From: an uncultured delta proteobacterium
Lineage (GTDB): Bacteria; Myxococcota_A; Polyangia; Polyangiales; Houyiibacteriaceae
DNA length: 64,000 bases
Direction of reading: 5' to 3'
Assembly (NCBI GenBank): GCA_963699755.1
Contig: CAVOVB010000001.1
Location: forward strand, 832,001-896,000
In this document: piece after piece, positions 33,901-41,672 of the stretch
How the letters are laid out: every line of letters begins with the position of its first letter
Position numbering within the stretch: position 1 is the first letter of the stretch
Program-made: the position numbers and the translations under genes
The notes under the pieces: model-generated
What the model was told of the DNA's origin: nothing
The model's database searches: none
Seen by the model: only the letters and a program-made list of their open reading frames with translations

Positions 33901-34397
33901 AGCTCCGGGAGCTCGAGTTCACGCTCTGCGTGGATCGGCCCAAGCTCTCCGATCTTTCGGCGCTTCTGAAGAAGCACGGGGCGCCGACGGCAGCGCCGGA
34001 CTACCCCGAGCGACTTGCCGAAGTCAGCGCGCAAACCCTACGAGGTTTCTTGCGCGGCTACATCGACCTGACGTTCGAGTGGAAGGGCCGCTGGTACATC
34101 GCCGACTACAAGTCGAACAGCCTTTCTGCGTACGAGCCGGCGACCGTCACCGAAGCCATGCAGCGTGAGCACTATCTGCTGCAGGCTCTGCTCTACAGCG
34201 CGGCGGCTCAACGGCATCTGAGGCAGCGGGTACCGGGCTACGACCCGGAAGCCGACTGGGGTGGTGCCCTGTTTCTGTTCTTGCGCGGCATGGGCGGCCC
34301 CGATCGCGCGGGGGCGAGTGTATTCTTCGATCGGCAAACCGCGGAGCTCTTGAACGCGGTCGACCAGTGGCTTGGAGGGGCACGTGAGCCTCGCTGA
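30900..34397 (+). CDS. recB: Exodeoxyribonuclease V beta subunit (helicase/nuclease)
   Basis: EASAGTGKT, TIHGFC, DEFQDTD, GDPKQAIYAFRGAD, TIHKSKGLEY, YVAVTRA; nuclease GYIDL...DYKSN. Confidence 0.96.
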   Translation: MNAVSPELISLDAPALVEASAGTGKTYTITTYFVRGILEDDLNPEQILVLTYTKAATAELRARARERIVATIGLLDAEPGNADVLQGVVDAAVERLGRRQVETTLRTALGEMDRAAILTIHGFCQRLLQDYPLELGVDFDFEVSEDTASIHSELAVDFWTKELYQAPDWLLRALEKETINVRRLTQLANLARLPKAEILGPAPSEVDEEALKLWLQYRREAAELWRAHRDEVLEILLNDQGLDRRHYQRRSVTNRWRLELDDFFTKTRFRFPPSFIDRLAQGSMRTKNSSKEPEHDFFKACARFWSVHEPMIPGLEFAAFAFQKRFIEFVRQQTRKRRSDRAVFTYDDLLDTVYAPFDSSRSHEASFDPDAIATTVAKAYPLVLVDEFQDTDSVQYGIFRAIYGEGSAVYVGDPKQAIYAFRGADVFSYLGAAEDVGERRYSLSTNWRSDPGIVHAVNSLFSRRNPPFVLDGIRMEPTLPHYQERRSTFDPAMEIVFLDQALLSGSTADAIAPIVANEIGLLLDSKEEIESRSIEPDHVAVLCRSNVQTLAVTAALRELGIPVSLDGGSSVLSTEIASDLSTVLEAALMPGDASLVRRALLTPLLGVSPQALSTMSDVLWSEWMSRFGQWSETWESQGVLRFIEDMLRSTGMEATIARQPLARRRLTDLLHVEELLLRGERERGRDPVALMQWLRRLREDGGGNGGIASDELQQRPDAESGAVRVSTIHKSKGLEYPIVYCPFTTNDATLRGFDYSAVKFHDEQHNLTVDLGSENADAHKRRSEEEARSEALRLLYVAVTRAKYRCTLFWGPAHNWKKSALAYLLHGSEGLDEMTQGDMEADVQTFASETGGAVGWRFPHEERAKPRERLVGRQSLSAREQTRFFMHAPRIASFTSLTGQHEKTPSPMEAESLVDEAPALFSDLSGGVRTGLLLHSILEHLSFAELDTDETKQLIERELHGFGFDPSLAASIQGDLQLVGSTPFSSKADAPRLIDLPGDKQLRELEFTLCVDRPKLSDLSALLKKHGAPTAAPDYPERLAEVSAQTLRGFLRGYIDLTFEWKGRWYIADYKSNSLSAYEPATVTEAMQREHYLLQALLYSAAAQRHLRQRVPGYDPEADWGGALFLFLRGMGGPDRAGASVFFDRQTAELLNAVDQWLGGAREPR

Positions 34398-36090
34398 GCT
34401 CCAGTCCGCGGGCCTGCTCGACCTGCTCGACGTGGAGCTTGCGAGGGCTCTCGGCCGAATCGTCGAAACTTCCAGTCCTGAGATCGAGCTCGCGATCGCG
34501 CTCACGAGCCGCAATGTGAGACGGGGCCACAGCTGCTTTCCGATCGGCAGGTCCGCCGCGGAGATCTGGCCCCGCGAAGCAGATCGACCAGGCGATTTGC
34601 CTGACGCCGCGTGGTGGAAAGACCTGATCGCAAAGAGCCCACTCAGCCGCGGTGGACCGATTGTTCTCGATGAGGCGGGTCGTCTCTACCTCCGGCGCTA
34701 TTGGCAGCTCGAACGAGACATTGCTCAGGAGCTCGCGCGACGCGCCTCGATCTCCCGGACCATTGCGCAAGACGCGCCCTGGCTCGAGGCATCCCTCGGA
34801 CGCCTGTTCGGGGACGAGCCAGATTCTCCACAACGGAACGCAGCTCTAAATGCGCTTCGGTATTCGGTCTCGCTGCTCTGTGGCGGGCCGGGCACGGGGA
34901 AGACGAGCACGGTCGCCGCGATCGTCGCCCTGATCATCGAATCTAGACTTCGGCAAGGCAAGGACGCACCGCGGTCGATGCTGCTGGCTCCAACTGGAAA
35001 GTCAGCCGCCCGCCTGGCAGAGGCCGTGCGTCTAGCGAAGAACCGGCTCGAAACCAGCAAAGCGGTGTTGGAACAGATCCCTGAGCAGGCGACGACCCTA
35101 CATCGGGCGCTCGGCTTGCACCGAGATGGCTCACGCTTTCGGCGCAACGCCGACCTGCCGCTCGAGGCCGACCTCATCGTGGTCGACGAGGCTTCGATGG
35201 TCGACCTCGGTTTGATGCGACAGCTGCTGAACGCCGCGCCGCTCGAAGCCACGGTCTTGATCGTCGGTGACCCCGACCAGCTCAGCTCGGTCGAAGCGGG
35301 CTCGGTTCTTCGGGATCTGGTTATGGCGAGCGCTGAAACCCGCTGGAGCGGCAGGGTTACGCTGCTGACGAGGACCCATCGCTACGATGAGAAGCAAGCG
35401 CTCGGGCAGCTGATCGCGGCCATCCGTCAAGGCGACGGGCCGCGCGTCGAAGCCCTTCTTGAACGGGGTGACGCCGAAGACGTCGTCTGGGCTTCTTCTG
35501 CGCGCCTAGCGGCCGAGCTCGAGAGGGCGGCTGCGCATTGGGCCAGGGTCCTCCGCACGCCGACCGCAGAGGAACATTTCGACCTTCGTGGTCGCTACGT
35601 CATCCTCAGTCCGTTTCGAAGAGGGAGGGTTGGAACGCGAAGGCTGAGCTCGGCGATCGTGGACCGCATTCGTCTCACCGAAGGAAGCGAGCCCGCCGTG
35701 CGGCCGATCATCATCGAAGAAAACAGCCACGAGCTAAAGGTGTACAACGGCGATTTCGCCATGCTGGTCGAAGGCGAACCGTCGGTCGCGACGGTGCAGA
35801 GCGAAGCAGACGGCTTTCGAGAGATCGCCGAGGCAAGGCTGCCGCGCTACTCCGAGGCGTTCGCGCTGAGCGTGCACAAAGCGCAGGGCTCGGAGTTCGA
35901 CGAAGTCCTGCTCATCCTTCCGGAAGAAGATGCGCCGATGCTGAGCCGCGAGCTTCTCTACACGGCGGTGAGCCGCGCTCGACATGCGGTTCGACTAGTC
36001 GGGCCCAAGCACGTGGTCGCGGCGATGCTCGAACGGAGGGCTCGGCGCGACTCGGGCCTCGTCGATGCGATCGCGCAAGCGCTAGGTTGA
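34384..36090 (+). CDS. recD: Exodeoxyribonuclease V alpha subunit
   Basis: LYLRRYWQLE, GGPGTGKT, APTGKSA, DEASMVD, GDPDQL, SVHKAQGSEF, ELLYTAVSRA. Confidence 0.95.
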   Translation: MSLAELQSAGLLDLLDVELARALGRIVETSSPEIELAIALTSRNVRRGHSCFPIGRSAAEIWPREADRPGDLPDAAWWKDLIAKSPLSRGGPIVLDEAGRLYLRRYWQLERDIAQELARRASISRTIAQDAPWLEASLGRLFGDEPDSPQRNAALNALRYSVSLLCGGPGTGKTSTVAAIVALIIESRLRQGKDAPRSMLLAPTGKSAARLAEAVRLAKNRLETSKAVLEQIPEQATTLHRALGLHRDGSRFRRNADLPLEADLIVVDEASMVDLGLMRQLLNAAPLEATVLIVGDPDQLSSVEAGSVLRDLVMASAETRWSGRVTLLTRTHRYDEKQALGQLIAAIRQGDGPRVEALLERGDAEDVVWASSARLAAELERAAAHWARVLRTPTAEEHFDLRGRYVILSPFRRGRVGTRRLSSAIVDRIRLTEGSEPAVRPIIIEENSHELKVYNGDFAMLVEGEPSVATVQSEADGFREIAEARLPRYSEAFALSVHKAQGSEFDEVLLILPEEDAPMLSRELLYTAVSRARHAVRLVGPKHVVAAMLERRARRDSGLVDAIAQALG

Positions 36091-36118
36091 GCTGGACTCC
36101 GGTAGAGCGAGGGGCGAG

Positions 36119-36298
36119 TTAGGCAGCATGAGGCGGCCACTGACGACGAATCTTCTGAGCAACCTTCGCCGCTGTTTCTTCGTCGATGGGCTGCGTCGGG
36201 TCGGCACCCAACTGCTTGAGGATCACCTTGCAATGAGCGGGATTCCAATTGAGGAGCTTTGCGAGCTCCCTGAGCTCATATGACTCTGTAACGACCAT
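36119..36298 (-). CDS. Small 59-aa protein resembling the IF2 N-terminal helical domain (below the ORF-track cutoff)
   Basis: Manual translation: MVVTESYELRELAKLLNWNPAHCKVILKQLGADPTQPIDEETAAKVAQKIRRQWPPHAA*. Preceded by AAAGGAAG SD and a sigma70-like promoter; fills an otherwise empty gap. Confidence 0.75.
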   Translation of the reverse strand: MVVTESYELRELAKLLNWNPAHCKVILKQLGADPTQPIDEETAAKVAQKIRRQWPPHAA

Positions 36299-36324
36299 CG
36301 TGCGCTTCCTTTACTAACCGTAAA

Positions 36325-36354
36325 TTTATAGCGCAGAAAGGGGGCACGATTCAA
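36325..36354 (-). promoter_or_regulatory. Sigma70-like promoter for the 59-aa ORF
   Basis: Minus strand TTGAAT-N18-TATAAA, about 26 nt upstream of ATG 36298, in an AT-rich patch. Confidence 0.55.
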
Positions 36355-36358
36355 GGAG

Positions 36359-36714
36359 TTATTTGCCTTTTAGTAAATAAGCGGCTACTCCCAATAAAGC
36401 CAACAATAACAAGGTGATGATGAGCGAGGACGGCCCGCGCCGCGCAGGGGGCGGCAGCGAGTCGGGGGAGGCGCAATCGGGGGCCCTTCGATGGGCTGGG
36501 CGGCCAGAAATTCCTCGATGAGCCGGGTAGCATCCGCGATCTGGTCCATTTCGACTCGAATTTCGGTCCCGTGCCGCTCGCGGTCGGTGATGCCCGGGTA
36601 TGCGGTGTCGCGGTGATTGACCAGGACGGCTGCGATACCCTCGGCTTCCAGGGCTTCTTGGAGGGCTAAGGCAAGCACCTCATCGTCGGTCTCGTAGACG
36701 CTTCGTGTCTCCAT
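36359..36714 (-). pseudogene. DUF2007-like (PII-like) protein with a C-terminal TM anchor, frameshifted (real or assembly error)
   Basis: METRSVYETDDEVLALALQEALEAEGI...EIRV fits DUF2007. The annotated frame stops at 36385, but a shifted frame after the C-runs (~36463-36483) reads PDSLPPPARRGPSSLIITLLLLALLGVAAYLLKGK* to 36359. Confidence 0.65.
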
Positions 36715-36718
36715 TGTG

Positions 36719-38671
36719 TCAGAGCGATTGCACAAAAGGAGGCACGGGACAATCGAGCGCATCGCCAATGGCGCGAATGAGCTCCGCCTCCTGGTCGGTG
36801 ACCGTGTCGTCGGCCATGACCGTCGCGGCACAGGCCAGCATGAGACGCCGTTTGAGCGCGGGCGCCGCGGCGTCGTATCGGCTCAGCGCTCGATCGACGG
36901 CCGCCAGCGTGCACTCGCTCGGGGGGAGGATGGGCGCTGCCCCGCTCCCTAGCTGAAGGGCTTGTTGGCCGTGGCGAAACGCGCGCGCGGCTTCTTCCTC
37001 GCCGCGGCTTCCCACGCGGGCCATGGTCGAAAGCAAGACTCCTGTGTCTGGTAAAAGCGGGTGAAGTGACCGGAAGCGAAGCGGAGCTGGGCCTGCGCCT
37101 TCGAAGTGTCGCGCGAGGTGACGCTGAATCATCCGGCTGAGCGTGTACTCGAACAGATCGATGCGTCGGTCGCTTTGCATCAAGGCATCGATCACCTGTC
37201 GAAATCGCTGGTATTCGTCGGCGGACAAGTTGCGCAAGGTGGGCAGCGCCATGTCGACGAGCGCAATTTTCTCGGCGGAAGATCGATCGATGGCCTCGGC
37301 GTGAAATCGAAGTGTGAGGTCGGCCGTTTGTGAATCCGTGAGGTCTGCAAGGCGGAGCAGCTCCGTGCCCCGGAGCACCTCGTCCTGTGCGAGGAGGAGC
37401 CCGAACACCATGGCCTGCGCCATCGGCGCCTGATGGACCGCGTGAATCCACAGATTGGGCAGTGCGGCGTGCAGGGAGCGAGCAAAGGCGACCTGCTCTG
37501 GGCGCGGACTTCCGATGTGCTCGATCGCTTGGCCGACAGCCTCTTCGGTCGGTACCTCCGCGAATGCGTTGACTTCACCGCCTGGCGGAGCGGGCGGTGA
37601 GCTCATCCCATCGGCAATTTGTGGCAAAGCCACCGCGGTGAACTCGCCATTCCAATCTGGCTCGAGCTTGCGGATGCGATCTCGGAGCGGCGGGTGGGTC
37701 CTAAATAGGCCGCTGAACAAGCGAAGCCGGCGAATGCCGTCGGCAAAGAAGATGTGGCTGGCTTCGTCGGCCTTAGGCGTTTGAAGAAGCGAGCCCTTGG
37801 ACCCGCCGCCGATCTTCTTGAGCGCTCCAACCAGTCCGTCGGTGTCCCGCGTGAACTGCACGGCGGAGGCGTCGGCCAAGAGCTCACGCTGCCGGGAGAT
37901 CGAGCTTTGGATCATGCGACCGAAGAAAACGCCGATCGAGCCGATGGCAAGAAGCCCGATTCCGATGACCGCTACACCGCCTCCCTCCTTCTTGCCGCTT
38001 TGCGCAGAGCCGCGGATCAGAAATCGACCAATGAGAGCGAGGAGAAAGATCCCGTGTAGAAGCCCGATCGCACGGAGGTTGATGCGCGAGTCTCCGTTGA
38101 GGATGTGGCTGAATTCGTGGGCGATGACGCCTTGAAGCTCGTCGCGCTGGAGCAGATGTAAGGTTCCCTCAGTGACGCCAATGACCGCATCGCTGGTCGT
38201 GTTTCCCGCGGCGAAGGCGTTGATGCCGGGTTCGCGGTCGAGCACGTAGACCTCGGGGGCGGGGACTCCTGAAGCGATGGCCATCTCTTCGACGACGTTA
38301 ATCAAACGACGCTCTTCGAGCTTGGTCGAGTCTGGGTCGACCCTGCGTCCGCCGAGTCCAACGGCCACTGCCGGACCGCCAGCGCGGAGTTGAGCGATCT
38401 TGTAAGGTGACCCCAGGCCGACGACCGTCGCGGTGCTTGCAAGCGAGAAGAGGAGCACCCCGGGGTTCCAGAATGCGAGGGCGTACTGGGCGACGGTTTC
38501 GTAGTCGCCGGTGATGTAGCGGAAGCCGGCCGAGTCCGCGGCTCCGAAACCATGGAAGAGCATGGCCAGGGCGTACACCGAGGCGATGACACCGATGATG
38601 GCGAGCGCAAAGAGAAGCGTCAGACGTCGGCTGCGCTTTTTTGCGAGGACCTGTTCCTCGAAGAAGTCCAT
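36719..38671 (-). CDS. M48 family (HtpX-like) zinc metalloprotease, long form
   Basis: NVVEEMAIASG, INAFAAG, HEFSH, SRQRELLADA, THPPL; several TM segments. Confidence 0.93.
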   Translation of the reverse strand: MDFFEEQVLAKKRSRRLTLLFALAIIGVIASVYALAMLFHGFGAADSAGFRYITGDYETVAQYALAFWNPGVLLFSLASTATVVGLGSPYKIAQLRAGGPAVAVGLGGRRVDPDSTKLEERRLINVVEEMAIASGVPAPEVYVLDREPGINAFAAGNTTSDAVIGVTEGTLHLLQRDELQGVIAHEFSHILNGDSRINLRAIGLLHGIFLLALIGRFLIRGSAQSGKKEGGGVAVIGIGLLAIGSIGVFFGRMIQSSISRQRELLADASAVQFTRDTDGLVGALKKIGGGSKGSLLQTPKADEASHIFFADGIRRLRLFSGLFRTHPPLRDRIRKLEPDWNGEFTAVALPQIADGMSSPPAPPGGEVNAFAEVPTEEAVGQAIEHIGSPRPEQVAFARSLHAALPNLWIHAVHQAPMAQAMVFGLLLAQDEVLRGTELLRLADLTDSQTADLTLRFHAEAIDRSSAEKIALVDMALPTLRNLSADEYQRFRQVIDALMQSDRRIDLFEYTLSRMIQRHLARHFEGAGPAPLRFRSLHPLLPDTGVLLSTMARVGSRGEEEAARAFRHGQQALQLGSGAAPILPPSECTLAAVDRALSRYDAAAPALKRRLMLACAATVMADDTVTDQEAELIRAIGDALDCPVPPFVQSL

Positions 38672-38674
38672 CGC

Positions 38675-39262
38675 CTAGAACTGAACTTGGATGGGGGCGC
38701 GCTCGGCTTCGTCTTGGACCTCGAAGAACTCTGCGCGCTCGAAGCCGAACATGCTGGCCACGAAGTTGGACGGCACCATCTCGCATTTGTTGTCGTATCG
38801 CATGACAGCGTCGTTGTAGGCCTGCCGGGCGAATGCGATCTTGTTCTCCGTGGTCGAGAGCTCTTCGGAGAGCTGCATCATCGTCTTGTCCGACTTTAGG
38901 TCGGGGTAGGCTTCCGAGAGTGCGAAGAGCCGCCCAAGCACTCCGCTGAGACCCGCTTCGGCGCTTGAGAGGCCCTGCATGGCCCCTGGGTCCCCCGGCT
39001 TGGCGGCCGCACGCGCCCGCGCTGTTTCGGCCGAATTGCGCGCCGCAATGACGGCCTCGAGGGTCTCGCGTTCGTGCGCGAGGAAGGCCTTGGCGGTTTC
39101 CACCAGATTGGGAATCAAGTCGTGACGCCGCTTGAGCTGAACATCGATTTGGGAGAACGCGTTGCGGAAGCGGTTCCGAAGATTGACGAGGCCGTTGTAG
39201 ATGCCTGCGAACCAGGCGATCATCGCGACAGCAAGCACCAGCAGACCAATCAGCCATCCCAT
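38675..39262 (-). CDS. lemA: LemA family protein
   Basis: YNGLV, FSQIDVQLKRRHDLIPNLVET, EAYPDLK, ENKIAFARQAYN. Confidence 0.96.
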   Translation of the reverse strand: MGWLIGLLVLAVAMIAWFAGIYNGLVNLRNRFRNAFSQIDVQLKRRHDLIPNLVETAKAFLAHERETLEAVIAARNSAETARARAAAKPGDPGAMQGLSSAEAGLSGVLGRLFALSEAYPDLKSDKTMMQLSEELSTTENKIAFARQAYNDAVMRYDNKCEMVPSNFVASMFGFERAEFFEVQDEAERAPIQVQF

Positions 39263-39330
39263 GGTGTACCCCCCTTAGCTGCAAAAGACGCTTTCAGTGT
39301 AAGTGCCCCTCCCTATAAACTCAAACCCAG

Positions 39331-40248
39331 ATGAAAACGGAAGAGACGGTGCTGATCACGGGTGCCAGCACCGGAATCGGCCTCGCGGTCGCTCGCGCCC
39401 TCACCGAAACGAACTACCGCGTCATCCTCACGGCGCGAGAAAGCTCGCTTCCGCGCTTCGCCGCCCATGCGATCGGAGAATCGCAACACGTTCGGATTCG
39501 TGCGCTCGACGTCACCAAGCCGCAGGAGCGCGAGGCGATCATCTCCGAGGCGGAACGCGATTGGGGCGGGGTCGACATCCTGATCAACAACGCTGGGCTT
39601 TCCTATCGAGCGGTGGTGGAGCACGTCGAAGAGAGGGAACGCCTCGCACAGATGAACGTGAACTTTCGCTCGCCAATGGAGCTCATCCGGCTCGTGCTTC
39701 CCCGAATGCGCGCAAAGAAGGCGGGCCGCATCATCACGATCAGCTCGGTCGGTGGCATGATGGCGATGCCGACGATGGGCGTGTACAGCGCCTCGAAGTT
39801 TGCGCTCGAAGGAGCGCACGAGGCGCTCTGGTACGAGGTTCGGCCCTGGGGGATTCGCGTGAGCCTGGTGCAGCCGGGATTCGTCGATTCCGATGGGTTT
39901 CAGAAGGTCCGGTACACGGCAAAAAGCGACCGATCCGAGCACGAGCTGGCAGAGCCCTACCACGAGCACTACGTCAACATGTCGCCATTCATCGCGAGGC
40001 TGATGAAGGCATCGCCGGCGACGCCGGAATCGGTTGCCAAAGTCGTTGTGAGAACCATGCGCCGGCGAAAGCCCCCTCTGCGCGCGCCGGCAACCTTCGA
40101 TGCGCGCGTATTCGCGATGCTTCGGCGTATCTTGCCACGCACCGCCTATCACTGGCTTCTCTATAGAATGTTGCCGCGGATCGACACTTGGGGACCATCG
40201 CCGAAGCGCCTGTCGGCGCTTCCGCCTCCGAAAGGCGGCACGGACTGA
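39331..40248 (+). CDS. Short-chain dehydrogenase/reductase
   Basis: TGASTGIG, NNAG, YSASK. Confidence 0.93.
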   Translation: MKTEETVLITGASTGIGLAVARALTETNYRVILTARESSLPRFAAHAIGESQHVRIRALDVTKPQEREAIISEAERDWGGVDILINNAGLSYRAVVEHVEERERLAQMNVNFRSPMELIRLVLPRMRAKKAGRIITISSVGGMMAMPTMGVYSASKFALEGAHEALWYEVRPWGIRVSLVQPGFVDSDGFQKVRYTAKSDRSEHELAEPYHEHYVNMSPFIARLMKASPATPESVAKVVVRTMRRRKPPLRAPATFDARVFAMLRRILPRTAYHWLLYRMLPRIDTWGPSPKRLSALPPPKGGTD

Positions 40249-41073
40249 TCAGCGCGAATGGCGAGCGAGGTACTTCCTTTTCTCCCGCTCGCCTTTTCGC
40301 TCGAAGATCGGCATCATGAGCTTCCGTAGGCCGGGGACGAGATAGCTGAGCGTCGCGATCTTTCCGCTCAGCGCCGGCTTGGTGCGCTCTCTTGCGCCAT
40401 CGCTCGCAGAGGCGAGGATGAGATCGGCGATCTCGTCGGCGGTGCTCATCGGTTGCGAAAACACGAGAGCTGGGACTGTCTCGATGACGCTTTCGTCGAG
40501 GATGAAGCTCGTTTCGACTGGGCCGGGGCTCACCACGGAGATACGAATGCTGGTGTTTCGGAGCTCTTCGGCGACGGCAAACGAGAAGATACGGAGACCG
40601 AATTTCGTCGTCGAATAGGTCGCCTCGTCGTCGAGCGGAAAGCGCCCAGCAAGGGAAGCGACGTTGACGATCGTCCCTGAATCGCACTTCCGCATGTGCC
40701 GAAGCGCGAGCTTGGTGAGCATCATGGGGCCGCGGAGATTCACGTCGAGAATCCGAAGCATCGAGTCCATGGCAAGACCTGTGAGCGGCCCGCGGGAGTT
40801 ATACCCAGCAATGTTGACGAGGATGTCGATGCTCTGAAACCTCGATCTCGCCTCATCGAGCAAGCGCTCGCAGGCGCCGAGGTCCGAAACATCGGTGGGT
40901 ACCGCGTGTGCCACGTCGGAGCCGAGCTCGTCGACCAGTCGCTGCAGGGGCTCCGGGCTACGCGCGGCCAGCACCACGCGTGCGCCCTCAGCGACGAACT
41001 TTCGCGCGCAGGACTCGCCGATGCCGCCGCTCGCCCCCGTGATCACCGCTGTCTTGCCGTCGAACTTGGTCAT
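40249..41073 (-). CDS. Short-chain dehydrogenase/reductase
   Basis: TGASGGIG, NIAG, YSTTK, SPGPVET. Confidence 0.93.
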   Translation of the reverse strand: MTKFDGKTAVITGASGGIGESCARKFVAEGARVVLAARSPEPLQRLVDELGSDVAHAVPTDVSDLGACERLLDEARSRFQSIDILVNIAGYNSRGPLTGLAMDSMLRILDVNLRGPMMLTKLALRHMRKCDSGTIVNVASLAGRFPLDDEATYSTTKFGLRIFSFAVAEELRNTSIRISVVSPGPVETSFILDESVIETVPALVFSQPMSTADEIADLILASASDGARERTKPALSGKIATLSYLVPGLRKLMMPIFERKGEREKRKYLARHSR

Positions 41074-41585
41074 CCGGTTGCCTTCCTCGCTTCGAGCATC
41101 AATCCAGCCATCTTCGTGAAGGCCTCTCGAACATTGTATCCGGTCTTGGCGCTAGCGCGCACCAAGTACCAGTTCGGCTTGCTCGCTGCCGTGATTTGAG
41201 CGTCGCTGAGAGCGAGCTCTTCGGTCAGGTCGGACTTGTTCAGGATGAGAACCGCGGGACGCGGGCCAATGAACCCCCGCTCTTGGACCTGTGCCTCGAG
41301 CAAATGGTCGAGCGTCCGAGGCTTGGTCGCGTCCGCCACAAACACGAGGCCTGAAGCGCCCGAGATGAATGATCGGTTGTACTGCCCCGAAGCCTCTGAT
41401 CCTGCTGGGTCCCAGAGCATCATCTCGAGCGAGACGTCGCCGAGCTCCACGGTGCCGCTGTAGATCGCCATCGCGATCGACGGGTTGTGCTCTTCCTCGA
41501 AGCTGTCCTCGACGAATCGCCTGACGAGGCTCGACTTGCCCACCCCCGGCGCGCCAAGAAGACAGACCTTCCGCCTCAGCCGCAT
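41070..41585 (-). CDS. Small Ras-superfamily (Rab-like) GTPase
   Basis: KVCLLGAPGVGKS (G1), WDPAG (G3), NKSD (G4), SAK (G5); 171 aa with no CAAX. Confidence 0.9.
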   Translation of the reverse strand: MRLRRKVCLLGAPGVGKSSLVRRFVEDSFEEEHNPSIAMAIYSGTVELGDVSLEMMLWDPAGSEASGQYNRSFISGASGLVFVADATKPRTLDHLLEAQVQERGFIGPRPAVLILNKSDLTEELALSDAQITAASKPNWYLVRASAKTGYNVREAFTKMAGLMLEARKATG

Positions 41586-41672
41586 CTCCTTCTAGTACGC
41601 CAAGTCCAGCTTGCAGCAAAGCCCCCTGCGGGGACTGGCCACTATACGCCCTCTTGCCCTAGAGTGCGGTCG

